The notes beneath the pieces were generated by a model. That model was not told where the DNA came from, searched no databases, and worked only from the letters and a program-made list of their open reading frames with translations. This document shows, in pieces, positions 13,701-28,889 of a stretch of DNA of 64,000 nt. The position numbers and the translations under genes are program-made. The DNA comes from the human T2T-CHM13v2.0 reference genome, Homo sapiens: assembly GCF_009914755.1 (NCBI RefSeq), contig NC_060928.1. The stretch is one strand, 5' to 3'. The number at the start of each line of letters is the position of its first letter. The stretch's first letter is position 1.

Positions 13701-14710
13701 TTTATAGAGCTAAGCAGAGGTCTTTCGGTTTTCCTTCTCTTCCTTTCTGTGGCTAGATAGTTCTATGAATGCACAACCAACGTTAATTAAGTGCTCTCAG
13801 GCTTTCTATTCAGAAGGGAGCAATGGACATCGAGTTTCAGATTCTTCACTGTGTGCTTGGGTTTAGGGTTGGAAGCAGGGTTGTGTGGCAGGGTTGGAGG
13901 GTTGGAGATGGGGGATGTCAGTTTGGATTAGTTAACAGTTCTGAGAACCTAAATTTCCCCATTACCTCGCCTTGTCTCTCCCATTTCATCTTTGAACACT
14001 TCTACTCCCACTCCTGGCTCTTTGTTCCTGCTCAGTTGGACTTCACTGCAGAGTCCAGGCTCTGCTATGAGGAAGAATATTTTTGCTGACAAGGGTGCTT
14101 GTGCAGGAAAACTTCATATGGATGCGTGGATCTATGTTAGCCACGGGTTTCCCTGGCAGCTGACCTAAGTATACCCTTCAGAGGATCCTAACATTTGACT
14201 GTAGAGTGGGGAGGGAAGGATCTAGTCCCTCTTAGTGTTTCAGGACAAGATGAAAACGAGAGAGGGAGTAAGGACAGGAAAAGTTGAAAAGAGTAGTCTG
14301 AGAAAGGAAAACATTACAGTAATGGATGGCGGTGGGGGGAGGGTGCAAAAAAGGAAGGTTAAACTGGGGAGGAAAGGAAGAGGCCTATGTGTGTCACTGA
14401 CAGTGGCTCTGACAGGCGAAAAATGGCGAGAAGGAAGTCATTTTCTTTTCCTCAGTTATTTGTTTTTCCTCCCTAAGAATGTGAAAAATGTTGACTCCAG
14501 GAAAGTCACTAAAGCAAAGAGGAAACTTCAACATGTAATTAAAGCAAGATTGCTCTAGATGAATTTCGGAGTTAGAAAAAGGCTCCTAGTTAATCTGCTT
14601 TGGAGATGACAATTTTTCCTAGCCTCCTTGCTGTTTTTATAAATCTGTGTATACTTTATAGGAAACTTAATCCATATGTTTTAGCTTTATTTACACATAA
14701 TAAAGATGTA

Positions 14711-15039
<329 letters not shown>

Positions 15040-15379
15040 TTATTAAGGTCTTTCTTCCTTTGTTAACGAGAAAATTTTATTTCCCAGGTGGCAAAGGGTG
15101 CTGTGAACTTTTCAAGGATTTTCAAATTGGGGTTGTGCCTTAGGATTTGTGAGTTTTGCATAAGTTCTGTTCTTAACAGAGTATACTTGTTATGCATTAA
15201 TTTGGTGCATTTTTTCCCCCAGTGCCTGCTGTGAGTCATTCATGGTGTGAGATTTGGGGGAAGTAAAGACAGTCCAGTAGGGGAAAGAAGAAATGTCCAA
15301 AAGTAGCTACAAGATATGGCAGAGAATAAGCGCTTTGAGAGAGAGACAGAGAGAGAATGAGCGAGAAAGTGGCGGAGAC

Positions 15380-16110
15380 TTCAGAGGAGAGTTTATGTTC
15401 AGCTGCAGGGAATCTGGAAAGTTTCCCCAGTAAGTGTTTTGAATCAGTTTTATAATGGAGTTTGAACAGGTGGAGATGTTTTAAGAGGACATTTCGGGTA
15501 TGGGAGACCATGTAATCAGAGAAACACAGAGAGGAGGTACGTGTTCTGGGAATGCAGCTCTTGTTGGAACATGGGCAAATGGCAGGAGATGAGATTGGAA
15601 AGAGATTCGGGCCAGGTGTGGGAGGTTGAGAATGCCGCTTTAGGACTTTTGCATTTACTTTTATAGGTACTGGGGCCACTCATAGTTTTCAAGTAAACTG
15701 CTTCACAAAACTTAATCTGACAGCAGGATTTGCAGTAGGAAGTAGAGGAATGAAAGGCTAGGAGAGAGGTTATTTGGCATAGTCGAAGGGCATGGGAGTG
15801 AGAATGGGGAGTTCCAGGGTGGACAGCATCATTTGGTGAGGTGGAATAGGCAAAACCCGGGGACTGGGTTTGTAAGGGGTCTTGGGGAAGGTGTGATAGA
15901 GATTCAATCCTGGGACAATATGGGTGTCACTAATAAAAGGAAGGAACAAAGGGGTTTGGGGGAGGAGTAAGATGAGTTCAGTTTGTCACATGGTGAATTG
16001 TAGTTATCTGTTCAAGATAAGTCCATTAGACAGAGATTTGGTGCTCAAACTTATGAGTGAATTTAGGGGTAGAAAGTATAACGTAAGGTATAGTTAAAGA
16101 CATGAGATTG
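15380..16110 (-). mobile_element. Degraded L2 fragments
   Basis: Purine-rich L2-like phrases (aggacttttgcatttacttttataggtactggggccact; gatgagttcagtttgtcacatggtgaatt). Boundaries approximate. Confidence 0.55.
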
Positions 16111-16665
16111 GCGTAAGAAAATATTTATTGGATGCTCATGATGTTACATGCTTTGGGTCTACTATAAAGGGTATTAATGTAATTCTAGTGTATGAGGATG
16201 CTTCTTTGTGTATCCATACACTTAAAAATATATATATAAAACATAAAATTCCCATTGCATAAATATATGTAATAGTATCCCTGTATGGGTGAAAATTCTT
16301 ATGTATATTATCTCTTTATACATCTGAGAGAAGTGAGGGGTGAGAGCTTAACTTGCTCATGAGCACACAGCTAGTAAAAGTGAAGTGCTTGGGTTTGAAC
16401 TGAGATTGACCCCCAAAGCCTTTGCTTTTCATCACTAGGAGAAGACAGTAATATCCTTGAGAAACACCAAGATTTTCCTGTTAGGGGTAATAGAGGAGCC
16501 AGAAGAAACCCAGGCAGGATCAGGTCAGTGCTAGTGTCAGGGTTGTCTAGGGCCTTGTCAAGGATGCCAGATACGTCCCATGAGATGGGCAAGTATGAGG
16601 ACAGGCTAGTGATGTGAGCTCATGAACCAGTGGCATGAGTGAGCTCTTTCAACAGTGACATTTCT

Positions 16666-16959
<294 letters not shown>

Positions 16960-17287
16960 TAATGGTGACATTTCTGTTGAGAGCCAGAGTGTGGATCAAC
17001 TTGTAAGATGTATGTGAATGAGTGTTTCGGAATGAGTGATATTCAGTGTCAATTTTTTTTTGTTGTTTTTGTCATATGACAAGAATAAAGCAGGAGGAAA
17101 AGCCAGAATAGACATGGAGGGGAAGGACAGAGCAGGACCACTAGTGCCTGAGTTTTACATGGCTCACTGGTCACCCTCAGAGTCTAGTGACCTGTTAGCT
17201 TATGTCTGAGGTAGGGAGTTCTTTAGAGGAACTTAAACAGGGAATGAACCCTCTCAGGAGTCACTGAGTCTGTGTAGATTGAGTCTA

Positions 17288-18215
17288 TTATTTATTTTTA
17301 ATTTTCGTGGGTACATAGTTGGTGTATGTATTTATGGGGTACATGAGATATTTTGATAGAGGCATGCCATGGGTAATAATCACAGCAGGGGAAATGGAGT
17401 CTCCACCACCTCAAGCATTTATCCATTCTTTGTGTTACAAGCAATCCAGTTATACTCTTTTAGTTATTTTTAAATGTGTAAGAAATTATTGTTGACTTCA
17501 GTCATCCTGTTGTGCTATCAAATACTGAATTTTATTCTATCTAACTGTATTTTTGTGCCCATTAACCATCCCTGCTCCCCCCGCCACTGCTCACTACCCT
17601 CCCCAGCCTCTGGTAACCATCATTCTGTTCTCTATCTTCATGAGTTAAATTGTTTCAGTTTTTTGCTCCCACAAATAAGGGAGAACATGTAAAATTTGTC
17701 TTTCTATGCCTGACTTATTTCACTTAACATAATTACCTTCAGTTCCATCCATGCCATTGTAAATGACAGGATCTCATTCTTTTTTAAGGCTGAATAGTAC
17801 TCCACTGTGTATAAGTATCACATTTTCTTTATCCATTTGTCTGTTGATAGACACTTAGGATGCTTCCAAATCTTGATGATTGTGAATAGTGCTGCAGTAA
17901 TCATGGGAGTGCAGATATCTCTTTGATATACTGATTTCCTTTCTTTTGGGTATACACCTAGCAGTGGGATTGCTGGATCATATGGTAGCTCTATTTTTAG
18001 TTTTTTGAGGAACCTCCAAAGTATTCTCCATAGGGGTACATTCCCACCAAGAGTGTACAGGGGTTCTCTTTTCTCTACATCCTTGCCAACATTTTTTATT
18101 GCCTGACTTTTGGATAAAAGCCATTTTAACTGGGGTGAGATGACATCTCATTGTAGTTTTGCTTTTCATTTCTCTGATGATTAGTGGTGTTGTGAACATT
18201 TTCATATACCTCATT
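17288..18215 (-). mobile_element. L1MA-like 3' fragment
   Basis: L1 3'UTR and ORF2 end ([24 protein letters not shown] in ORF 17978-18214). Confidence 0.88.
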
Positions 18216-18607
18216 CTTATATTTTATACATTATAATGTAATAAAAACTTTTGTTTGTAATTTGACTCCCTCCTCATCTCCCCCCACTTCCTAAGGGCCC
18301 TTGAAGATTCTGAAGAGCCTGTGAAAAGCATCAAAGATCATATTAATCAGGGTGGTTTTCTTTTAATATCTGTCTTAATACTGAAAAATTGGCAATTTAT
18401 AAAGTAAGGAATATAATGTTACTCTCAGAATTACTTAATATAAGAATACAATTCAGATTACATTGATCTTATTGAGGGTTTTAATTGGATTTTCAATGAG
18501 ATATGTAAAATGTGCTTTGGTTGACCTTAGCTTTGTGTGGTACTTCAGTGTGCTCTGATGTTTCATTGATTTCCTGATGATCAGGAGGTTTTTTCCTAGT
18601 ACTAGCC

Positions 18608-18956
18608 TGTATTAGTCTGTTTTCAGGCTGCTGATAAAGACATACCCAAGACTGGGAAATTTACAAATGAAAGAGGTTTAATGGGCTCATGGTTCCACAG
18701 GGCTGGGGAGGCCTCACAATCATGGCGGAAGGGGAAAGGCATATCTTACATGGCAGCAGACAAGAGAACTTGTGCAGGGAAACTCCCCTTTATAAAACCA
18801 TCAGATCTCATGAGACTTACTATCATGAGAATAGCACAGGAAAGACCCACCCCCATGATTCAATTATCTCCCACTGGGTCCCTCCCACAACATGTGGGAA
18901 TATGGGAGCTACAATTCAAGATGAGATTTGGGTGGGGACACAGCCAAACCATATCA
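18608..18956 (-). mobile_element. THE1 (THE1B-like) solo LTR
   Basis: tgtattagtctgttttc...cacagccaaaccatatca, with perfect 5-bp TSD tagcc (18603-18607, 18957-18961). Confidence 0.93.
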
Positions 18957-19315
18957 TAGCCTTTATGTATTACAGTTTTTGTGGATGACTTTGTGCCAAG
19001 GGACAATTACATTTCATGTACATTAAACATTTCCTGGACAAGGATTCTTTATAACTTTGTAATAAGCATTTTAGCCTTTGTAATAGGGATTGTGGTAGAA
19101 TGTGTCTTTTTTTTGGTGTGACAGTGGAGGCCATTGTGGTGGTCTTGCTTTGTTGAAATGGCTGATGGCCTTGTACTGCCCAGAGGTGTCTTCATGGCAC
19201 TTTGATTTATCCTTGTTTGTAACATGTGCTTCAAAGTCCCCGAGTAGTGTGTGTCCTCCAGTCACGGAGGAGCCTAGACAGAGCAGTAGGGAGAAGGGCA
19301 TATGTGTTTCCCATA

Positions 19316-19717
19316 TGTCTTAGTCTGTATTGTGTTGCTATAACAATACTTGAGACTGGGTAATTTTGAAGGAACAGAGATTTCATTTCTTACAGTTGCA
19401 TAAGCTGGAAAGCCCAAGGTTGATGAGCTGCATCTGCCAAGGGCCTTCTTGATGCATCATCTCATGGCAGAAGGACAAGAGAACATGTGAAAAAGGAGTG
19501 ACAGACAGAGTGCATGTGCAAGTGAGTGAGGGCCAAACTTGCTTTTCTAACGAACTCTCTTGATTACAAACCTATGCCTGAGATAACATGAATCCATTTG
19601 TGAGGGCAGGGACCTCATGACCTAATGACCTCTTAAAGCTCACATCTCTCAACACTATTACATTGAGGATTATGTTTTCAACATATGAACTCTGAGGGAT
19701 GCAGTCAGACCATAGCA
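19316..19717 (-). mobile_element. MST/MLT1A-type MaLR solo LTR
   Basis: tgtcttagtctgtattgtgttgctataaca...cagaccatagca, with typical MaLR internal motifs. Confidence 0.8.
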
Positions 19718-22288
19718 GTGTCCAATGTAATCACCAGAATAATGTTACGTGCACATATAGAGGAGTATCACACTGTGTTGTTTCACTCTTGTTAACCCTG
19801 CAACCAACTTTATGACCTGCATCTACCTCTCTTTGCCACGATCAGTAGAATGCATTGGTGCTCCTAGGTTCATTGGTGTAATTGGATTCCCATTCAGTCT
19901 CAACTTGCTGCTGTCCCAGTGACAGCCACATGTGGGCTGTTTTTGATGAGGAGTATCCACTGCTTCATTCCTGTGGCTACAAACACAATATATGTCCTAT
20001 CCCTCTTCCGTAGGTTGGTCTCTGTCATTCTTTAATATATAAAGAGATTGAGTGAGTAATATCCAAACCATTTTCCATCAAGTGCAAGAGTCTTCCAGTC
20101 TTACAGCATGCTTGCCATTTAATGGGAAAAAGAAATCTCTTTAAAAAACATCTAGCCAAAAATGCTTCTTGATTTAGCTTTGCTGGCACTGGGTTGCTAG
20201 GCAGCACTAGTTTTTATGTGAGAGAAAAATAAATGTCTTAAACAACAACAACAATAGCAGCAGCAATAATAAAGCTGCAAAGTTTCTAAAAGCTTTGTGT
20301 CTGCCTGAGTATTGACTGTTCAGTGTAGAAGTCAAAATCCCATAGCAAGAATATTTGACAAATTTTCAGACTCCCCCCCATCCCCAGTTTTCATGAATGT
20401 TGACTTGTTTGGCATTGCTATGAAAACTTTACTGTTTTGTGTGTGGTTTTTTTTTTTTTTTCTTCTTCTCAGCAGGGCTTTGCATTTTCTGGAGTGTTTA
20501 AAAAGAGACTTTAAAAGCACAGGAAACTTTCTGTCTTCCTTTCTCTTTCCTTTAAGGAGAGAAGGAAAATAATAATGACATTGTCTTCCTTATTCTGTTT
20601 TTCTTTAGCTGTGGCATTGGAAGCTTCTGCTGTCATGTGGCTCTGTAAATGGTAGATTGTATTTTCCCTTGGGACCAGAGTGGTTTGATAAGAGCAAATT
20701 TAGGAGAGAGTCATTCTGCATCATTTTAGTGCCCAGTATAGACAAAGCACTGGGGAAAATTGAAGGGCTCCAATATAAAGTGTGCATAGATTTATTCTGT
20801 GTTGTCTGAGAAAGCATACTGAGTACAAGTGAGCAGTACTTGCCATGAGGTGAGTTTTTGATTCACTAGAAAGAAGAACTTCGTAATATTTATAATAATG
20901 AGAACATGTTCATGTTAGGGATGGGATTGAGGTGGAAGAAAGCAGGCCTCTGAGGTCCTGCCCACTCTGAAATTTTCTGCCCAAGCATCTGGAGATGCGG
21001 AGCTGCAAAGAGAGCTCCTCGGAGCCTAGCTTAGTGTTTAGAACTTGGCATTCAATCAGTATTTGCAGAATAAAAAATGATGATGAAGAATATCACCCTA
21101 TTCTTCATTGCATTTTTAGGTTGTTTATATTCCCAGGAACAACAAGACTACTTGGAAGGGAAGATAGGAAGGAAAGAATGAGAGGGCGAGTGTGGTGGCG
21201 TATGTGTAGGTCGGCTCCAGGGAAGGCACCATCAGGTGCCTTTTCTTGAGGGGAGAGGGTAGTTTGGGTATATATGGGCTTGGTTTTTTGCCTTGAGCTA
21301 GTGCTCACTATGTATTTTTTCTTTGTAAAATAAAGCTTTTAGAGCTGTCTTTTTTGTATCTCTCAAGATAAAATTGGGAGCAATAATAATTATAATAGCT
21401 AACACTGATTGAAAGATGATTGTGTGCCAGGCACTAGGCTGGGCTCCTTATATGACATTTAATTGGACATTCCATAGACAGTTTAGTATAATATGGCATA
21501 GTAGGCTCTAAAGTGGAATTCCTGGAGTTGAAATCTCAGCTCCACTCAATTGTGTGACTTTTTTTTTCCATTTTATTTTAGATTTGGGGGTACATGTACA
21601 GGTTTGTTACAGGGATATATTACATGGTGTTGAAGTTGGAGCTTTGATCCTGTCACCCATATGGTGAACATAGTACTCAACAGGAAGTTTTTCCACCCTT
21701 TCTCTCTCTCTCCCCCTCCCCCTCCCCTTTTGGAGTCTCCAGTGTCTATTACTTTCATCTTTATATCTGTGTAAACCCAAGATTTAGCTTCCACTTATAA
21801 TTGAAAACATGTAGTAGTTCGTTTTCTGTTTCTCCATTAGTTCACTTAGGATAACAGCTTTTAGCTGCATCCATGTTGCTGCAAAGGACGTGATTTTGGT
21901 TTTTTAACTTTGTTGCTGCATAGTATTCCGTGGTGTATATGTACCACATTTTCTTTATCCACTCCACTATTGATGGGCACTCTATTGATTCCATGTCTTT
22001 GTTATTGTGAATAATGCTGCGATTAACATACAAGTACTGCATGTGTCTTTTGGGTGGAATGATTTATTCATTTATTTTTTTTGGATATATACCCAGTAAG
22101 GTATTGCTGGGTCGAATGGTAGTTCTATTTTTAGTTCTTTGAGAAATGTCCAACTGCTTTCCACAGGGGCTGAGCTAATTTGCATTCCCACCAACAGTGT
22201 ATAAGCATTCCCTTTTTTTCCCACAACCTCACTAGCACCTTATTTTTTGACTTTTTAAATAATCGCCATTCTGACTGGTGTGAGATGG

Positions 22289-22671
22289 TGATATGGTTTG
22301 GCTCTGTGTCCCCACTCAAATCTCATGTTGAATTGTAATTCCCAGTGTTGAGGGAGGGACTTAGTGGGAGGTGATTGGATAATGGGGGTGGATTTTCCCC
22401 ATGCTGTTCCTGTGATAGTGAGTTTTTCTCAGATCTGATGGTTTAAAAGTGTGTGGCACTTCCCCCCTTGCTTGCTCACTCTCTCCTGCTCCGCCACAGT
22501 AAGGTGTGCTTGCTTTTCCTTCGCCTTCCACCATGATTGTAATTTTCCTGAGGCCTCCCAGCCATGCTTCATGTACAGCCTGTGGAACTGTGAGTCAATT
22601 AAGCCCCTTTTCTTCATAAATTACCCAGTCTCAGGTAGTTCTTTATAGCAGTGTGAGAATGGCCTAATACA
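22289..22671 (+). mobile_element. THE1D/MSTA-like solo LTR nested in the L1
   Basis: tgatatggtttggctctgtgtcccc...ggcctaataca, with perfect 5-bp TSD gatgg (22284-22288, 22672-22676). Confidence 0.92.
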
Positions 22672-24864
22672 GATGGTATCTCATTGTGGTTTCAATTTGC
22701 ATTTCTCTGAAGATTAATGATGTTGAACAATTTTTTCATATGTTTTTTGGCCATTTGTCCGTCTTCTTTTGAGATGTGTCTGTTCATGTCTCTTGCCCAC
22801 TTTTTAATGGGGCTGTTTTTTCTTAATTATTCATTTCAGTTCCTTATAGATTCTGGAAATTAGTTCTTTGTCAGATGCATAGTTTGCAGATATTTTCTCC
22901 CGTTTTGTAGATTGTCTGTTTCCTCTGTTGAGAGTTTCTTTTGCTGTGCAGAAGCCCTTTAGATTAAGTCCCGTTTGTCTGTTTTTGATTTTGTTGCATT
23001 TGCTTTTGGGGTCTTCATAAATTTTTTGCCTAGGCGACTATCTGGAAGAGTATTTCCTAGGTTTTCTTCTAGAATTTTTAGAGTTTGAAGTCTTACATTC
23101 AAGTCTTGACTCCATCTTTAGTTAATTTATTGTATATGATGAGAGGTAGTAGTCTAGTTTCATTCTGCTGCATAGAGTTAGCCAGTTTTCTCAGCACCAT
23201 TTATTGAATAGGAAGTCCTTTCCCCCTTGTTTTTTGTCAGCTGTGTCAAAGGTGACTTGGTTGTAGGTGTACGGCTTTATTTCAGGGGTCTGTGTTCTGT
23301 TCCATTGGTCTATATATCCTATTTTTGTGCCCATACTATGCTGTTTTGGTTATTGTAGCCTTGTAGTATTGTTTGAAGCCGGCTTTGTTCCTTTTGCTTA
23401 GGATTGCCTTGACTGTTGAGGCTTTTTTTTTCATTCCATGTGAATTTTAGAAAAGTGTTTTCTAATTCTCTGAAAAATGACATTGGCAATTTGATAGAAG
23501 TAATGCTGAATCTGTGGATTGCTTTGGGCGGTATGGAGATTTTAATGATACTGATTCTTCCAACCCATGAGCATGGAATGCTTTTCCATTTATTTGTATT
23601 GTCTGTGATATCTTTCAGCAGTGTTTTGTAGTTCTTCTCACGGACATCATTCACTTTCTTGGTTAAATATATGCCTGGGTTTTTGTGTAGGTGTGTGGCT
23701 ATTGTAAATGGGATTGCATTCTTGATTTACTTCTCAGCTCAGATGTTACTGATATAAAGAAATGTTGATTTTTATCTGTTGACTTTGCATCCTGTATCCT
23801 GAAACTCTGCTGAAGTTGTTAATCAGATCTAGTAGTCTTTTGGCAGCATCTTTAGGGTTTTCCAGGTAGAGAATCATATTGTCAGTGGAGACAGATAATT
23901 TGACTTCATCTTTTCCTATTTGGAATGCCTTTGCTTTCTCTTGCCTGATTGCTCTGGGTAGGACTTCTAGTATGTTGAATAGGAATGGTGAGAGTGGACA
24001 CCCTTGTCTAGTTCCGGTTCTTAAGGAAAATGCTTCCAGCTTTTACTCATTCAGTATGATGCTGGCTGTGGGTTCATCATAAATGGCTTTTATTATTTTG
24101 AGGTATCTTCTTTCAATGCCTAGTTTGTTGGTTTTTTTCTTTTTATCATAAAGACATATTGGATTTTATCAAATGCTTTTTCTGTGTCTATTGAGATGAT
24201 CATATAGTTTTTGTTTTTAATTCTGTTTATGTGGTAAATCACATTTATTGATTTGGGTAGATGAACCACTGCTACATCCCAGGAATAAAGCCTACTTGAT
24301 CATGGCAAATTAACTTTCTGATATGCTGCTGGATTTGGTTTACTAGTATTTTGTTGAGGATTTTTGCATCTGTGTTCATTGGAGATATTGGCATGTAGTT
24401 TTTTGTTGTTGTTTTGTCTTTTCCAGCTTTTAGTGTTAGGATGATACTGGTTTCAAAGACAGGGTTTGGAAGGATTCCCTCCTCTATTTTTTGGAATTGT
24501 TCCAGTAGGATTGGTACCAGCTCTTTTTTGTAAGCCTGGTAGAATTTGGCTGTGAATCCATCTCGTCCAGGGCTTTTCTTGGTTGGTAGGTTTTTTAAAT
24601 TACTGATTCAGTTTCATTACTCCATTATCGGTCTGTTCAGGATTTCTCTTTCTTCTTGATTCAATTTTGGGAAGTTGTGTGGTTGTATGTTTCCAGGAAT
24701 TTGTCTACTTCCTCTAGATTTTCTAATCAGTGTGCATAGAGATGTTCATAGTAGTCTCTGGAGATCTTTTCTATTTCTGTGGTATCGGTTGTTATGTCAC
24801 CTTTGTTATTTTTGATTGTGCTTATTTGGATCTTCTCTCCTTTTCCTTTGTTAATCCAGCTAGC

Positions 24865-24900
24865 AATCCTATCAATCTTGTTAATCCTATCAATCTTGTT
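24865..24900. repeat. 18-bp tandem duplication within L1 ORF2 remnant
   Basis: aatcctatcaatcttgtt occurs twice in tandem. Confidence 0.9.
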
Positions 24901-25937
24901 TATCCTTTCAGAGAACCAACTTTTCATTTTATTGATCTTTAGTATGGTATTTTTGGGTCTTGGTTTCATTTAGTTCTGCTCTGATTTTAGTTATTTCTTT
25001 TCTTTTGCTAACTTTGGGTTTAGTTCTTGTTTTTCTGGTTTCTTTAGGTACAAGGTTAGGTTGTTAATTTGAGATCTTTCCACTTGATGTAGGTGTTTTG
25101 TGCAGTAAACGTTCCTCTTAACATTGCTTTTGCCATGTCTCAGAGATTTTGGTATATTATGTCTACTTTTGTTTGTTTCAAAGAAGTTTTTGATTTCTGC
25201 ATTAATTTTGTGGTTTACCCAAAAGTCATTCAGGAGTTAAGTTGTTTAGTTTCCATGTATTTGTGTGTTTTTTAGAGTTGCTCTTGGTATTAATTTCTAT
25301 TTTTATTCCATTGTGGTCTGAGAAGATGCTTGGTATGATTTCAGTTTTTAAAAAGTATATTGAGACTTGCTTTATGATTCAGCATGTGTTCAGTCTTTGA
25401 GAATGTTACATGTGCAGATGAGGAGAATGACTATTCTGTGGTTGTTGGGTATTCTGTAGATGCCTATTAGGTCCGGTTAGTCAAGTGTTGAATTTAAGTT
25501 CAGAATTTCTTTGTTCATTTTCTGCCTCTGTGATGTGTCTAATGCCATCAGTGAAGTGTTGAAGTCTCCTCCTATTATTATGTGGCTGTCAAAGTATTCT
25601 CTTAGGTCTAGAAGTAATTGTTTTATAAATCTGGGTGTGCCAGTGTTGGGTGCAAATACATTTAGAATAGTTAAATCTTCTTGTTGAATTTAACCTTTTA
25701 TCATTATGTAATGCTCTTACTTGTCCTTTTTTTTACTGTTGTTGGTTTAAAGTCTATATTTTCTGATATATGTATAAGAGTAGGGACCTCTGCTCTTTTT
25801 CGATTCCATTTGTGTGGTAGATTTTCCTCCATCCCTTTACTTTGAGCCCAGGGGCGTGATCATATGTGAGATGGGTCTCTTGCAAACAGCAGAAGGACGG
25901 ATCTTGGTTTTAAAATTCAATTTGCCACCCTATGTCT

Positions 25938-26066
25938 TTTATTTTTAGTCTTTTTTCAAAAGACAGGGTTTTGCTCCATCACCCGTGCTGGAAGTGCAGT
26001 GGTATGAGTATGGGTCACTGCAGCTTTGACTTCCCAGGCTCAAGTGATCCTTTTGCCTCAGCCCCC
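25938..26066 (-). mobile_element. Partial AluJ/monomer nested in L1
   Basis: agacagggttttgctcc...tcccaggctcaagtgatccttttgcctcagcccc, truncated. Confidence 0.8.
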
Positions 26067-26259
26067 TGTCTCTTCTGGTTTATAAAGTTTCTTCTGTGAA
26101 GTCAGCTGTCATTCTGATGGGTTTCTTTTTATAGGTAACATGATCCTTTTCTGTAGCTACCTTTAAGATTTTTTCTTTTGCGTTGATCTTGGAAAGTCTG
26201 ATGACTATGTGCCTTGGACTCGGTCGTCTTGTATCTCACAGGAGTTCCCTGGGTTTCTT

Positions 26260-26605
26260 TTCTTTCTTTCTTTTTTTTTTTTTTTTCTTTTTGAGACAGG
26301 GTCTCACTCTGTTGCCCAGGCTGGAGTGCAGTGGTGCAATCACGGCTCACTGCAGCCTTGACCTCCTCCCAGGCTCAGACAACCCTCCCATGTCAGCTTC
26401 CTAAGACTGTAGCTGGGACTACAGGCATGTGCCATCACACCCAGCTAAATCTTTTTTTTTTTTTTTTTTTTTTTTTGGTATTTTGTGTTGAGATGGGGTC
26501 TCCCTATGTTGCCCAGGCTGGTCTCGAACTCCTTGGCTCAAGCAGTCCTCCTGCCTTGGTGTCCCAAAGTGTTGGGATTACAGGTGTGAGCCACCACACC
26601 TAGCC
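26260..26605 (-). mobile_element. AluJ nested in L1 ORF1
   Basis: J-type sequence (gcagccttgacctcc, ggctcaagcagtcctcc); TSD-like ctgggtttctt / ctggatttctt. Confidence 0.92.
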
Positions 26606-26781
26606 TGGATTTCTTATATCTGCATTTTAACCTCTCAAGCAAGATTGGGGAAATTTTCCTGAATTTTATCCCCAAATATGTTTTCCAAGCTGCTTATTTT
26701 CTCTTCTTTTCTCTCAGGAATGCCAATAAGGTATACATTTGGTTGTTTTACATAATCTCGTATTTCTCAAATACTTACTTA

Positions 26782-27390
<609 letters not shown>

Positions 27391-28889
27391 GTTCATTTTT
27401 TAAAATTCTTTTTTTTTTTTTCAAATTTTTGTCTGGGTTCATTTGAAGCACTGATTTTTGAGTTCTGAAATTCTTTCTTTTGCATGGTCTCATCTGCCGT
27501 TAAGACTTCCAACTGTATTTTGAAATTCCTATAGTGAATTTTTCAATTCTAGAAGTTCTGTTTTGTTCCTTCTTAACATAGCTATGTCATCTTTTGAATC
27601 TTGAGTCGTTTTTGTGTTGTTTCTTGTCTTGGATTTCAATTTTCTCTTTGATCTTGTTGCATTTCTTTGCTATCCATATCCTGGATTCTTTATATGTCAT
27701 TTCAGACATTCATTCCGGTTAGAATCCATTGCTGGGGAGTTAGTGGGATCCTTTGAAGGTGACAAAACAGTCTGGCTTTTTCTACTGCTGGAGTTCTTAT
27801 GCTGGTTTCTTCTCATTTGAAAGAACTGATGTTTTCTTTTTTTTGATTTTGTTATTGTTTGGATGAGAGTTCTTGATTTTTTTATTCTTTTTGTCCTTGG
27901 GGCTGTTACTGTGGTGTATATTGTGTGTGATTGTTTGGCTACGTTTCTGGGTATTTTCAGAGTTCCAAGGCTGTTTATGAGTTCCTTGGTTGCAGAGAGG
28001 TTCCTACAGTGGCTTTCTCCTTTGTTGCTTGTAGGGGTGTAATTTTGTTTGGTGGTGTTGTTTAAGCTGCAGTCCAGTAGATGGCGCTTAAGAGTAATAG
28101 CTGCCTGGGGAATGGGCAGAGGGAGGCAACAGAGAAGCATGAAAAGCGCCCTCCCCCAGTACACATTCGCGTTCAGCGGCTGGAGCCACTGGAGAAGCCC
28201 CAGGAAGCAGTTTCTTTCAGCCCAAACTCTCCAGGCCCCAGCAGGAGGACGCACTGCCAAGTCCGCCACAGCACATTGAGGAGGCGGGAAGGGAGTATGA
28301 GACGACCCTCTCTCCATGTTCGTTCCAGGGCTGTGGTGGTGCCACCTTTAGCGGCTAATGCCATGCCCGTGTTTCCTTTGACCCACGGTGGCCTTTGGAG
28401 GCTGTGCTCCCACCTCCCTTGTGGGAGGACCACACCAAGAGTTGGGTCTCCAGATCTGGCTGTTTTCACTGGCAAGGTGTCTGTTTGAGTTCTGTGGTTA
28501 TAAATAGCATTTCTGTGGTGGCTTGTGAGCAGGCTCACTGCCTCCTGTAGGACCAGGGGGCAGTGGTCTCAGGAGACTAACCTCGTTCCTGAGTGCTGTG
28601 TGCTTATGTCTGATTTCTTATTGTGTTGTGCCATTCAACGTCCAGGCCAAGAAGTGGCTTTTGGGTTAAGAGCCAGCTGTGGCCAATATAGTTGAGTAGA
28701 AACTTGATCCTTGTTTACTGGGGAAACTCTCTGTTGCCTCAGGGCCAATCTGTGGAGTGCACAGTGGTCTGAGCGCCCTGCTCCAACCTGGAGGAGGGCT
28801 TCAAGATGGGCAGGCCAGACCAGGCAGGCCCACCTACAGGTCCCCCAATGGCAGGTCCGAGCATCAGCTTTGAGGGGTGGTCCAATGGG

